DNA of 62,872 bases, filler included, from Aduncisulcus paluster (lineage: Eukaryota): NCBI GenBank assembly GCA_024181965.1. It is 3 parts of 3 records of this genome, joined end to end, with 100 filler letters (N's around TTAATTAATTAA, not from the genome) between each part and the next. Parts side by side here need not be neighbours in the genome. Positions count along the whole stretch, not along the records: positions 20,835 to 43,610 come from BQXS01012647.1; positions 43,711 to 62,872 come from BQXS01012649.1; 1 more part is not named here. The stretch is one strand, 5' to 3'. Made by a program: the position numbers and the translations under genes. Below are positions 34,301-45,522 of this stretch, one piece after another (position 1 is the first letter of the stretch; every line of letters starts with the position of its first letter). The notes below the pieces were generated by a model. That model saw nothing but the letters and a program-made list of their open reading frames with translations. It did not search any database and was not told the origin of the DNA.

Positions 34301-35737
34301 CAATGTGAGGTTCCTTGTGGTCAATTCTTTGCCAATAGATTATGTGAGGGTTCATTAGGTCGGTTGATAGATTTCCTAGAGATTATACTAGTCACACCGA
34401 GTGAAGATGAATCAGTATTTGAATTGTTGGCCCATGTACATCCGTCAATAGTTGAGTTCCTTGTAAGATTGGCTCATTTACTCGCTATATCGACTATCCA
34501 TGCTTCCTCAAGTAGAAGGTTAATGCAGAGACTTGGAAAGAGGGGGAAAGAGTGTATTTCCAAAGCATTTCTTGTATTAAGCAAGCTTGTCATGGAGGAG
34601 CAGCAGAAAAAGGTTGAAGAAGGAAAGAAACAGCGTCTTTTAACAGTTGGGAAGGAAGAAAAAGAAGAAGGAGAGAAGGAAGAAGTTGGAATTAATAATA
34701 ATGGAATCAATAATGAAAAAAATTGGTTAAAATTGAGTTCTATGCTTATTCCGATGGCCTCTTTTGTAGCCAATTTATGTTATGCCGATCGACACCATGC
34801 TTCTTCTCATCCTATATTAAATCCTACAGCCGCAAGAAACACTACAACGGCTGCAATGCATATTTTCTTGGCATCCCTTCACATTCTTCATGAGCTTGAC
34901 GCCACCATTAAACAAGAAGTTACTGCTGACACAGACATATCGAATAAGTTATCATCATCTTCTCAAAATCTAAAAATAGTATCTAGTAGTCATGGTATGT
35001 CATCGAGTGATGAAGAGACTATTGATAAGTCGATTCTTCCTCCTTCTTCAAGTATGGATAAAGATAAAGAAGATATTCAGGATATAGATCGGCGAAAAGC
35101 ACAAGCTCTTACAGAAGTTCTTGCTCTTGACCTTGAGATCATTCGTTTACTCTCAGAACTCCCTCTATCAGTGCATCCATCTACCCTCCCTTCTCTCTTC
35201 ACTGAGGGATGTGTGAGTGGTATTGTTTGTATGCTTGAACTCGCTCCTCGTTTGTTACAAGTTGAGTTGATTGGTTGTATTGTAAGCATTACTGCTGCTG
35301 CTGCTGGCTTAGAAGAGGAAGAAGAGGAGGAACATGAGTTTGAAGGGCAGGAGAGTGAGATAAGTGAAAGTGGAACTGTGAGAGGAAGTGGTGCTGGAGT
35401 TAATACTAACACTTTGGGAATGATTTTGAAGAAATGTAAAACGTATGAGACATGTGTTAATGTGTTTTTGAACGTTAGTTTTGATGTATTTAGTGGTAAT
35501 CCTACAAGCAATGGCATGATTGGTATGACTCTCCTTTCATTATTGATCCAGGCCATGTTGAATTTATTAACATTTGAATTCTGCACCGGGCATGGCTCTT
35601 TTAAGAAGAATATTCTCTGCACACGCTGTGTGAGGTGTGCCAATGAGTCTGATCACGTTGACGGAGATAGCGTTATGTTGAAAGATCTTATACATCAGCT
35701 TTTGGCTGAACTTGGGGAAGAAAGGATGTTAAGGTGA
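31301..35737 (+). CDS. Large alpha-helical (ARM/HEAT-like) protein with acidic low-complexity insertions (~1478 aa)
   Basis: Uninterrupted ORF. Leu-rich amphipathic helices alternate with poly-Glu/Ser/Asn tracts. Family not recognised. Confidence 0.8.
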   Translation: MKMTKRNISRPSTRERRSRRDKILPPIDLSQTPPSPQRPSSSFESIPSNPLPISGSPYSDDGHYPSKIHGTPIVPSPPAIPRKNPPRPSTAFSQPISTDPSRRMAQPVESGTEDLGADLQEQLRQLQEYRETGAKVMEIEREKLYSRGGSEVRKSGRFCDSVLSLSVSKERRGEEELMEFDEFDENQRPGLLFADRFDTFEEDDYPDSPCQKKGESDGGVIGSGLEEEGEIVQSKPSISLSSLLTTRLDSLLTFPFLKEGSVLDISMAEAIRSKLRSACQIIVEIIHKKRREMQELTDLDQKGLQDDISSDIIVEKDEKKFIVQLANLYCHSDISILYDLLTKETRESFYKRLLFSYEEIGKCLKMASKAKHISKTKAKSSVRTDLNSVRFLSYHLHLMYLLSFDNYSHLSRLNAFLYSYSKNRDNIPPIYNLKLEFPVIFSLSNDYSLAPIIDMIKMFVLIGHQCLMVLPGFEPATYDSGRKGEREEKEETEEYKDHDKLTDIGSLRAKISHNFSLLPSNVQSAFKQAVSELTVAKQLEEDQRREEERIEMEEYYQESEEQAGEEERERGHVKFDDLDISKLYNAVLGAIIGDIETTFFDVYIFGNACIKTIATFSQQSLGYITHLDLLHFSYDGNMVCLSKEKDHDGYPHVIKEEEEEEEYLIGTSIDSGLGGRNNSMNGNNSNSNSSGNTTNTNTSDAFSASSLPSLLVSSFLLLSFLSHLPLSVECERISALSNQLLHICRILCEITPNVGKKLALTNPISIYIPYSSSGPVLSLQSSPPTQPQCISSSFFAIHFPNNTIFREICHLLNSNSICSHLPAVVSLCGRVLSKAADLDPNVCNYLTLDGIVDGLVVAISRASARPLRHFHSLTSKRTSKQVIPPAVLTDITCLIRLLFVCNVCASNVSTCEGSRKELREKEKRDQQKERERREKEDKRKQKSKYYSSNFDEEEEEKEEEGGKRVLTGQSDSSDFMYSSSDDDDTDFLHVDSDINAVQHEQCEVPCGQFFANRLCEGSLGRLIDFLEIILVTPSEDESVFELLAHVHPSIVEFLVRLAHLLAISTIHASSSRRLMQRLGKRGKECISKAFLVLSKLVMEEQQKKVEEGKKQRLLTVGKEEKEEGEKEEVGINNNGINNEKNWLKLSSMLIPMASFVANLCYADRHHASSHPILNPTAARNTTTAAMHIFLASLHILHELDATIKQEVTADTDISNKLSSSSQNLKIVSSSHGMSSSDEETIDKSILPPSSSMDKDKEDIQDIDRRKAQALTEVLALDLEIIRLLSELPLSVHPSTLPSLFTEGCVSGIVCMLELAPRLLQVELIGCIVSITAAAAGLEEEEEEEHEFEGQESEISESGTVRGSGAGVNTNTLGMILKKCKTYETCVNVFLNVSFDVFSGNPTSNGMIGMTLLSLLIQAMLNLLTFEFCTGHGSFKKNILCTRCVRCANESDHVDGDSVMLKDLIHQLLAELGEERMLR

Positions 35738-36042
35738 TATGAAAAATGAATGGTAGATCATCTATTTTGTTGATCTTCACAAAGGGGTTTATTGTTCATT
35801 GGTTAAACTACATATTTCTCATTATTATCTATCAAAATAATATTTTGAAAATATGTTAGTCATTTTGCTGGATTGTGGAAAAACCAAATATTGATTTTGC
35901 ATTATGTAATTTTCTTTAAAATCATTTCTCATCAAGTATTTCGAATCCCTCTATTTCTTGGGGAAATTTTACATGATTTCTGATGTCACATATAGAATAC
36001 TGCATTATGTGAGTAAATTGTTTTCTTATACACTAACTTTTC

Positions 36043-39000
36043 TCATTTTTTACAATTACTTGAGAATCTGGTATAACTAGAACTCCAAGCCCCATTATTC
36101 ATACACCATTCCATTTGATTATCATATTGGGGAGATATGCGAGGAACAAGAGATGGAACAGTGGAGAACATGGAAATGAGTTGGGACCAGTATTTGATTC
36201 CATCTTTATGTTCTTTCTTCCTTATAACACTAAACCATCCATCAAGAAGATCCATAATATTATAATAGATTTCAAGGGCATGTGATGGATCACAACATAA
36301 GTTGATGAAGAATCGCAAACAACCTTCATGATTATCCTCAACAATCTTATCCCCAACAAACTCTTTCTTAACAACATCAAGAACAGGGTGGAAGAGAGGC
36401 CAAGCTTCAGAACAGAGAGATTTGTTGAGGGTTGAATAATCACTTGAGAGGGTGATATTTGTAAGAATAACCATCCAATATCCATAACACTTACTATCAT
36501 TGTATATCCTCAACCAATCTCTGATATATGGTTTGATGAGGGTGAGAATAGAGGATCGAGTGGAAGATGAAGGGGATCTAGAGATGATTCTGAGAGTTCT
36601 TAATAAATTTATAGCAACATTACCTCCCAACTTCTCCTTACTTCCTCTCTCAAGAATACGTTGGAAAGTGGGGGAGATCTTTGGAAGGAAGGAATCCCAT
36701 TTATCGTGAACTTCGTGAGTATAATTGATACAAATACTACAATACTCTTCATCAACATCTCCTTCCAACACTTCCTCACATCTTGATAAATGATCAATGA
36801 AAGTGTCAATGAGATCATTCAGATCAGGAATAGGGAGAGTGATAAGTTCGGAATCATAAGTAAAATGATGACCAAATTGGCTTAAACATTGAACACAGTA
36901 AATTATCTCTTTTTTGTGTTTTTTAATCTCATTATTTGAATGAGAAGTATCGAAGACGGATAAAATCTTCTTTTTGTATTTACGGTAGAGTTCAGAGGTT
37001 GATTTTGAATTGCGACATAATTTCCCGATAGATTTGACTATTGTCTCTATAGAATCCACTAATTCTATCCATTTTTTCCGAGAAGGATAGCAATTACCAA
37101 AATATCTCATAAAATTTGAACTCCATCCATTATTCTTACACCATTCCATTTGATTATCATATTTGGGAGATATGCGAGGAACAAGAGATGGAACAGTGGA
37201 GAACATGGAAATGAGTTGGGACCAGAATTTGCTTCCCCATAAAGATCCTTTCGTTTTTATAACACAAAACTGTACATCAAGAAGATCCATAAAGTTATAA
37301 CTTTTTATAACTTCAAACCACCCATCCAGCAGATCTTTAACATTATCATAGACTTCAAGGGCATGTGATGGATCACAACATAAGTTGAAGAAGAATTGTA
37401 AAACCCATTCATGATCATCCTCAACAATCTTATCCCCAACAAACTCTCTCTTAACAACATCAAGAACAGGATGGAAGAGAGGCCAAGCTTCAGAACAGAG
37501 GGATTTGTCGGGTGTTTCATCACCTGAGGAATCACTTGAGAGGGTGATAAATGATAGAATAAGCATCCATTGTCCATAATACTCACTATCATTGTATATC
37601 CTCAACCAATCTCTGATATATGGTTTGATGAGGGTGAGAATAGAGGATAGAGTGGAAGAAGAGGGAGAATTAGAGATGTTTCTGAGAGTTCTTAATAAAT
37701 ATAGAGCAACATTATCTCCCAACTTCTCCTTACTTCCTCTCTCAAGAATACGTTGGAAAGTGGGGGAGATCTTTGGAAGGAAGGAATCCAATTTATCGTG
37801 AACTTTGAAAGTATAATTTGCACAAATGGTACAATACTCTTCGTCAACATCTCCTTCCAACACTTCCTCACATCTCGATAGATGATCAATGAAAGTGTCA
37901 ATGAGATCATTCAGATCAGGAATAGGGAGAGCGGATATTGGAACAAACCATCTTAAACATCGAACACAAAGACCAATCTCTTTCTTGTGCTCTTCAATCT
38001 CACTCTTTGATTGGAATCTATCGAAGATAGAAAGAATATCTTCTCGATGTTTATGGTAGAGCTTTGAGGAGGATTCTGAATCAGGACATTTCATGATAGC
38101 TTCAACTAATTCGGTCCATTTCTTCAGAGAAGGATAGCAATTACCAAAATATCTCATAAAATTTGAACCCCAACCATGATTATAGCACCATTCCATTTCA
38201 GCATCATATTTGGGAGATAGGTGAGGAACAAGAGATGGAACAGTGGAGAACATGGAAATGAGTTGGGACCAGTATTTGATTCCATCTTTATGTTCTTTCT
38301 TCCTTATAACACTAAACCATCCATCAAGAAGATCCATAATATTATAATAGATTTCAAGGGCATGTGATGGATCACAACATAAGTTGATGAAGAATCGCAA
38401 ACAACCTTCATGATTATCCTCAACAATCTTATCCCCAACAAACTCTTTCTTAACAACATCAAGAACAGGGTGGAAGAGAGGCCAAGCTTCAGAACAGAGA
38501 GATTTGTTGAGGGTTGAATAATCACTTGAGAGGGTGATATTTGTAAGAATAACCATCCAATATCCATAACACTTACTATCATTGTATATCCTCAACCAAT
38601 CTCTGACATATGGTTTGATGAGGGTGAGAATAGAGGATCGAGTGGAAGAAGAGGGAGAATAAGAGATGTTTCTGAGAGTTGTTAATAAATTTAGAGCAGC
38701 ATTCCCTCCCAACTTCTCCTTACTTCCTCTCTCAAGAATACGTTGGAAAGTGGGGGAGATCTTTGGAAGGAAGGAATCCATTTTATCTTTAACTTCGTGA
38801 GTATACTTCACACAAATCACACAATACTCTTCATCAACATCTCCTTCCAACACCTCCTCACATCTCGATAGATGATCAATGAAAGTGTCAATGAGATCAT
38901 TCAGATCAGGAATAGGGAGTTGAATGCAATATTTAAAATATTCCAAAGGCTCGCAAGTATATGGAAGACGAACGTAATTTCCGCAACATTGCCAGTGATT

Positions 39001-41987
39001 AATAATCCAAATTAAACACTGAATGCACATAACAAGCTCTTTCTTATTTTTTAAAGCCTTTTTCTTTGTCTTGAAAGCGAGGAATCGGGAAAGAATTTGT
39101 TTTTTGTGTGTATGGTAGAGTTTAGAAGTGGATTCTTCATCACCACATTTTTGGATTGTTTCGATTAATTCCGCCCATTTCTTAAGAGAACGATTGCAAT
39201 TCCCAATATATCTTGAATAATATGGATTCAAATAAAATAATAAAATTGAATCATCTTCAATTTTGAAACAATCATTTTTACGACACCATTCCATTTTCTC
39301 ATCAAACTTGGGAGAGATGTGACGAACAAGAGCTGGAACCGTGGAAAGCATGGAAATAAGCTCAGTCCAGAAGACAATTCCTTCGTGAACATCTTTTCCC
39401 TCTTCACTTTTCTTCTTCAGCATCTCAAACCAACTATCAAGAAGTCCATCTTTAACACAATCATATACTTCAATGGCTTGGGAAGGAATACAACTCAGAT
39501 GAGCAAAGAAAGACAAACAAGAAATAACAGCTTCATCATCAAATGTAACACCTTTGGAAGCAGTGTCCTTAATCACGTCCAAGACAGGATGGAAGACAAA
39601 CCAGAGTCGTGAGGAACGATCTTTATGAGGGTCGGTGTTATCTTTATCAAGGGTAATATTCTTCAAGATATTGGACCACAAGAAAAAGAACTTCTTGTCA
39701 GGATACTTCTTCATCCAAGGTAAGATGTGAGGGAGAAGAAGGGATAAGAGGGAGTTCTTGGTGGAATCATCAGTGGATTTAATACTATATCCGGTTTGAT
39801 TAACAACAAATACAATATTTCTGCACGTTTCAAGGATATTTTCAATTAAACATCCTTCAAGTTTCTTGGAAACACCTAGATTTAGCATCTTGGAGATAAG
39901 GGGGGAAATTTTTGGGAAAATAGATTTTCTAATGGAGTCAACGGATGTTGTAACGTTCAAAATCCTAAATAATGGCATTATAATTGAATAATCGACTCTG
40001 ATTTCTTTAGTTCCACTTTCTCCTTCCTCTTTCGCACTTAGAACAGATTCAACTCGGATCATTGGAGTTAAAAAAGAATCAATGATATTCTCGATGGACT
40101 CTTCATCTAGAATAACCTCAATATCATCTTCATCTGAAGTTCCATCTTCTTTTGTAACATTATGCTTCACGAACAAGGATAAACATTCGAAACAGAGAGC
40201 GAAGAGATCTCGATTGGATTTGATAGCAGATGATGATGAAGTGAATTCATCAAAGATACCCTTGAGATAAGAGTGAGACTCTTTATAAAGTGATATGACA
40301 TCAGTTTGAGAGGAAGATCTTTTGATTGATACTATTAAGGCCTTCAATTCAGATTCTTTCTTCTTCATTTGATCAGTTTTCTTCAGATCTTTTGAGATAT
40401 CCTCTTTGCTCTTCACCTCAGATAATCTTAGGTCTTCACTCTTCCCCTTCTCTTCTTCAATCTTCAATTTCAGGTAACAATAANNNNNNNNNNNNNNNNN
40501 NNNATATCCTCTTTGCTCTTCACCTCAGATAATCTTAGGTCTTCACTCTTCCCCTTCTCTTCTTCAATCTTCAATTTCGAGGAAGCAATTTCCTTTCTCA
40601 AATCTCCTTCTTCTTTTGAACTCGAACTGGTCGTTATGGATTCGGAACAACTCAAACCATCATCCCATTTTGGTTTTAACACAACACTTTGAATTGAAGC
40701 ATCTTCCTCAACAATACATCCAGAATCACCTTTATGCTTGACAAGTTGAGGCTTCACAATATCGTCAATGGATGGACATTTCCACCCTTCTCCAATCTTT
40801 GGAAGAAGAGGTTTGATGGATTGAACTTTCTCACAGGCTTCATGAACACTCATACGTTCATCAATGTTAATTGTCAATCCTTCGAATACTTCATTCAGAC
40901 AGGAATAAACAGGCTTGAACTTGCCATCTTCAATGGTTTTAAGGGATTTGAAAAGACGAGATTCAGAGAGTTTTGGACCAATTCCTTTTGAAATGAGATC
41001 ACTAAGTTCCTTAACATATTCTGCTGTAGAAACTATCCATTGTAACACGGGGTGGTGAAGGAAAGGATCCTCTCCTTTAAACATTGCAACGATTGTCAGA
41101 CCGAGTGAGTAAGCATCGCTCTCTTGGCTTTGATCTCCTTTGAGAGCTTCATAGGACATGTAAACAAGGGTGCCACAGATGGAACGTCTGGGTTTGGGGT
41201 TAGATTCAGATTCTTCAGACTTGGATAAATCAACAAAGCTCTTACAAGAAGTTGAAGAAGAGATAGAATCTTGAATCTGAGAAAGACCGAGATCAGAGAG
41301 AACAATGGTGCAATCGATTGTCTTGGGTTCAACACGAACAAGGAAGTTGTCAGGCTTAATGTCTCGGTGAATAAGGTCGGGTTTGGCTGTGAACACCTCA
41401 GACAGACACTCAATCATTCCAACACACAATGCACTCACTCTCAGAGGATCAAGAGTCATGGGGTCAATGCGAGTGGAGCTTGAATCAGAGTCAGAGCTTG
41501 AGTCAGAGCGTGAGTCAGAGTCAGAGTCAGAGCTTGAGTCTTCAGATTCAACTGAGGATCCACACCCATACTTACCTCCAATACACCAACTCTTGGCAAA
41601 CTCTTTCACACTGCCTCCAATACAAAACTCCATGCAAAACCCATACACACCTTTGTAGTCCTCGTCAAGAAGGTCAAGGATGTAGATGGGGCGAGGGATA
41701 CGGTTGAAACATTTGGGGTTCATGAACAGCTTCACTTGGATCTTGAACTCCTTACGGCACGCTTTGACAACGGCCTTGTCACCGACTTGAAGAAGTTTCT
41801 TCAGAACACACGGTTGAGAAACGCCGTCAATACTCACAATATAGACCGAGCCGAACCCTCCTTTGCCACAGCAACTCAAGGTTTTGATACCAGACGCAGA
41901 GATGAGGGTCTTGTCATCTTTTTTACGTTTGTGACCAAATAATTTTGAAGATTTAGACGGTTTAGTTTTAGATTTGTCTTTTCCCAT
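36043..41987 (-). CDS. Ser/Thr protein kinase fused to four ~330-360-aa helical repeats (~1945 aa); split in the track only by a gap overlap (40397-40471 = 40504-40578)
   Basis: GKGGFGSVY, VLKK, HRDIKPDN, SDLG, CGTLVYMSYE, DAYSLG. Collapsing the overlap gives one in-frame ORF of 5838 nt. LPIPDLNDLIDTFIDHLSRCEEVLEGDVDEEYC occurs three times. Confidence 0.88.
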
Positions 41988-42946
41988 ACGATCAATAGAG
42001 AGTAAAGAAACGATCGACCAAAATATTCAATAAGAGATATAAATGGTATTAGAGTGTACAAATTACAAACGATAAATGATTTAGATACAATTGATTAGCA
42101 GACTATAGGACAATAAAGGGTGAAATGGAGAGATTGTTGAGGAATATGTAAAAAACAAAATAAATAAATAAATACAGACTAAATGGAACTAAAATATTTA
42201 AGAAATCGAATAACATACTTAAATCTGGCCGATCAATCGAAAATTTACCAAGGGATGTAACGAAAAGGCGAGAAATTCATTTCGAATTTTCTGTCTTTAG
42301 TTCTCTTCCGAATTTACTAAAAAAATATATTTGAAATCCCAATATATGTAATAATATGATTTAAAAATCTGCTTATCATTTTCATTGTCTATCGTTGACA
42401 TCGACTTATGAATAAATCGCCATTTTTGATGCTAAAATGGCGTATTCTGGATAATATTATATCATTTTATCTCCTTGAAATTGATTTTAATTTTTCAAGT
42501 CCGAATATATTTCCAATCCGGTCCTGAACACTAAGTGTTCAACACTTCAAGCCACAAGTTGTGCGTTTTTTGCTTTGAAATCGTTGGCAAAATCGAATAT
42601 ATATGTAAAGATTCTTATAATAATGAGAAAATTCAAAAAAACCCTTGAAACTTGAGAAATAAGTGCTAGAAATGATCAAATTCGATGACCTTATTTTTAT
42701 GTCATCTATGCATTATTTTATATATATTAACAATCCCAATGAGTTAAGATGCAGTTGTATTTCAGCTTAGATTATGGCATTCTTCCTGGATTTTTTTATA
42801 ATGCCATTATTTGATGCATGAATTGTATTCCAATGGATTCCTTAAATTTCTGCCCATTGTATGAATTATTGAGGCAATATTAACTTTTTAACTCCTCTTC
42901 GTCTTGTTTTATTCAATAACAACATCATGAATATTCATTAATCCGA

Positions 42947-43610
42947 TCATAAAGTGCATTTCCAAACATTTCCATCACCCATTACACACATAAACTCATC
43001 ATTTTCCCACCAACAAGCATTTCCAGCAATACACTCTGTTCTCTGCTTTTCTGATGTATACCGAGTGAATAATGGCAATAACAAGGACCCGTCTCCTTTC
43101 ACATCAACATATGAATGCCCTGACAAGCCTTTCCTTTCAATATCAGCTTCCATCTTTCCATTAATCTCTCTTCTGATCACACACAGGCACATTTCACCAT
43201 CGATTTGGACACACACCCGTGTTACGACAGAGTGTAATGGGGACAAAACCGGGAATACCGCTTTTAGCCGGTGACTTGGAATCACCATCTCTCCCGGCGA
43301 AATGGAAGAAGAAGAGATAGATGATGATGATGTACTTGAAAACCTTCTTTGGACAATTAAAGGAATATGTGTGAATGAATGGTTTTGTAGATCGTACCGA
43401 ATAAGCCCATAACACCCAGCAAAGAGTAAAGAAGTAGGTATTTGGGGTATATGAGAGATTTGATGAGGAGGAATCTCAGGTGTGAAATGAGATGTGTTCA
43501 CAATAACGTCTGACATGGCCAATTTTAGTGGCGTTGGAGGCGTCTTTGTAGCCATTGAAAGAGAAGAGAAAGGGAAAGAAAAAGAAGCTGCTTCTCTCCC
43601 ACTCTCGAAT
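42947..43610 (-). CDS. 3' fragment of a hypothetical beta-rich protein (truncated at scaffold end)
   Basis: Open frame from the scaffold edge to TGA at 42947. Confidence 0.6.
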
Positions 43611-43710
43611 NNNNNNNNNNNNNNNNNNNNNNNNNNNNNNNNNNNNNNNNNNNNTTAATTAATTAANNNNNNNNNNNNNNNNNNNNNNNNNNNNNNNNNN
43701 NNNNNNNNNN
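43611..43710. other. Artificial scaffold linker N44-TTAATTAATTAA-N44
   Basis: Six-frame stop palindrome at 43655-43666 between N runs. Confidence 0.97.
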
Positions 43711-43770
43711 GGAGGACTTGTGGGGAGCAGGTGGGGATATTCCCAAAATAGGTTGAGAAACAATACGGAG

Positions 43771-44625
43771 CTAATTTTTCAATTCAAGAACCTGGTTCAA
43801 GAGGTCCTTTCGTTCAGAAATCCATGATTGTTTCTCTTCTTCCAATTGGGCAATGCGACCTCTAAGGAGATCAATTTGGCGTTTACAAGCTTTCAAAGAG
43901 TATGATTTAGCACTTTTCGACATCCTTTTGGCCATATCTTCATCCAAATCCCTCTCTTTATCAACCAATTTACCGTAATCCATCTTCACAAAGGCGGGCT
44001 TATCGTCTTTCTTCTTCTCTTTTGCTTTGATTGGGGTTCTACGTTCTGTTTGAATAAAAGAAGTTACGTCAGGCTTAGTGGATTCTTTCTCCTTCTTGGC
44101 TTCTTCTTCTTCTTTTTTCTTACGCTCTTCTTCTTCTTTTTGCAAACGTTCTTCCTCTTCTTTTTTCTTACGCTCTTCTTCTTCCTTTTTCACACGCTCT
44201 TCCTCTTCTTTCTGCAAACGTTCTTCTTCTTCCTTCTTTCTCTTGAGTTCTTCTTCTTCTTCTTGTTTTTTCAACCTTTCTTCTTTCTCTTTCTTTAAAC
44301 GTTCTTCCTCTTCCCTTTTCAGATCTTCTTCTTCTTCTTTCTTCAATTCTTCTTCCTCTTCCTCTTCTTCTTCCTCTTCTTCCTCGCCTTCAACTTCTTT
44401 TTGATCCTCTGGAACAGTCTTAGCCGAAGGATCATCTTCATTGAGAGCTTCTTCATCTTTCCCGTCCAAAACATTATGCTCTTCTTCTTGGGCGTCTTGG
44501 ATCGATTTTAAAGTATCATCTTGGTCATGGGATTGTGAGTGATCCAGACCAGAATCTTGCTTAATATCTGAAGATGGTGCAGTCGTTTCTGTAATTGATG
44601 ATATTGGTTCTATTGTTGAATCCAT
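43771..44625 (-). CDS. E/K/R-rich single-alpha-helix/coiled-coil protein (284 aa to TAG; frame stays open to the scaffold end)
   Basis: KEEEER repeats followed by a heptad coil. Confidence 0.75.
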   Translation of the reverse strand: MDSTIEPISSITETTAPSSDIKQDSGLDHSQSHDQDDTLKSIQDAQEEEHNVLDGKDEEALNEDDPSAKTVPEDQKEVEGEEEEEEEEEEEEELKKEEEEDLKREEEERLKKEKEERLKKQEEEEELKRKKEEEERLQKEEEERVKKEEEERKKKEEEERLQKEEEERKKKEEEEAKKEKESTKPDVTSFIQTERRTPIKAKEKKKDDKPAFVKMDYGKLVDKERDLDEDMAKRMSKSAKSYSLKACKRQIDLLRGRIAQLEEEKQSWISERKDLLNQVLELKN

Positions 44626-45522
44626 TCAATGGGAAAACTCTCTTATTTCAAATTACGTAACCCAATGGAGCAAAATTGGCTCATTCTCGGAATATTGATT
44701 AATAGCCAATAAATTACAAGTAAAGCCGATCTAATCCATAGAAAACTCTGAATGCTGAAAAATTAAAATTTAATTTTCTTCTCCTTCTAAAAATCCACTC
44801 ATAAAATTTCGTGTTTCGATTTGAAGCTAAAGGCGTCATAAATTAGACGAAATTATATGCATTTATTAAAAACGATAAAGTCAGCAAACAGATTATGCCC
44901 AAATGATATTAAATGACTCCTATTTGTGAAAAGAGAAAAAATGTTTCTCCCCGGAGAAGAAGGGCTATCCGCTATCAAAAGTCAATTGAAAAATAAATAA
45001 GGAAAACAAGGGTTATTGTTATGGAATTATAGATCGATTATCAAAACACAAAGTTCTGACCAATTTCTCGCCACGAGTGCAACGGTTGCAGAAATTTGAA
45101 GGTAAGCTTAATTTGATCATGTTATCGATGAAATCATGAGATATTAAACGAACGTGATCAAATATTTTTGTTTTTGGAATTGAAATTGGAATTTCGTGTC
45201 TTCACGGGTGTTTATGCAATAAAAACTGCACATAATTATGAATATAAAATAATATAAAAACAAACATAAACAAACTTTGTTTCACTTGAAGTGGTAATAA
45301 ATCATCAGTATACAGTAAATCAATAATTGGCATTGAAGAGCGGGGCAAACTTATTGTGAGATTGGATTTTGATGCAGAAGTATAATAATTGGTATTATCG
45401 TTGATAATATACTAAACTATAATATACTATAACAACTGTATAATACCCCAAATGCAAGTTATCAGCTTATTTCATAAAATTCTAACCTCCTCGTCTGTCT
45501 GTCTGTCTCCCTCTCTCTCTCT

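Noticed and set aside
45493..45522. (GTCT)n(CT)n microsatellite, and the poly-A near 29268-29281
   Set aside because: Ordinary simple repeats; no target-site duplication or retroelement body was seen.
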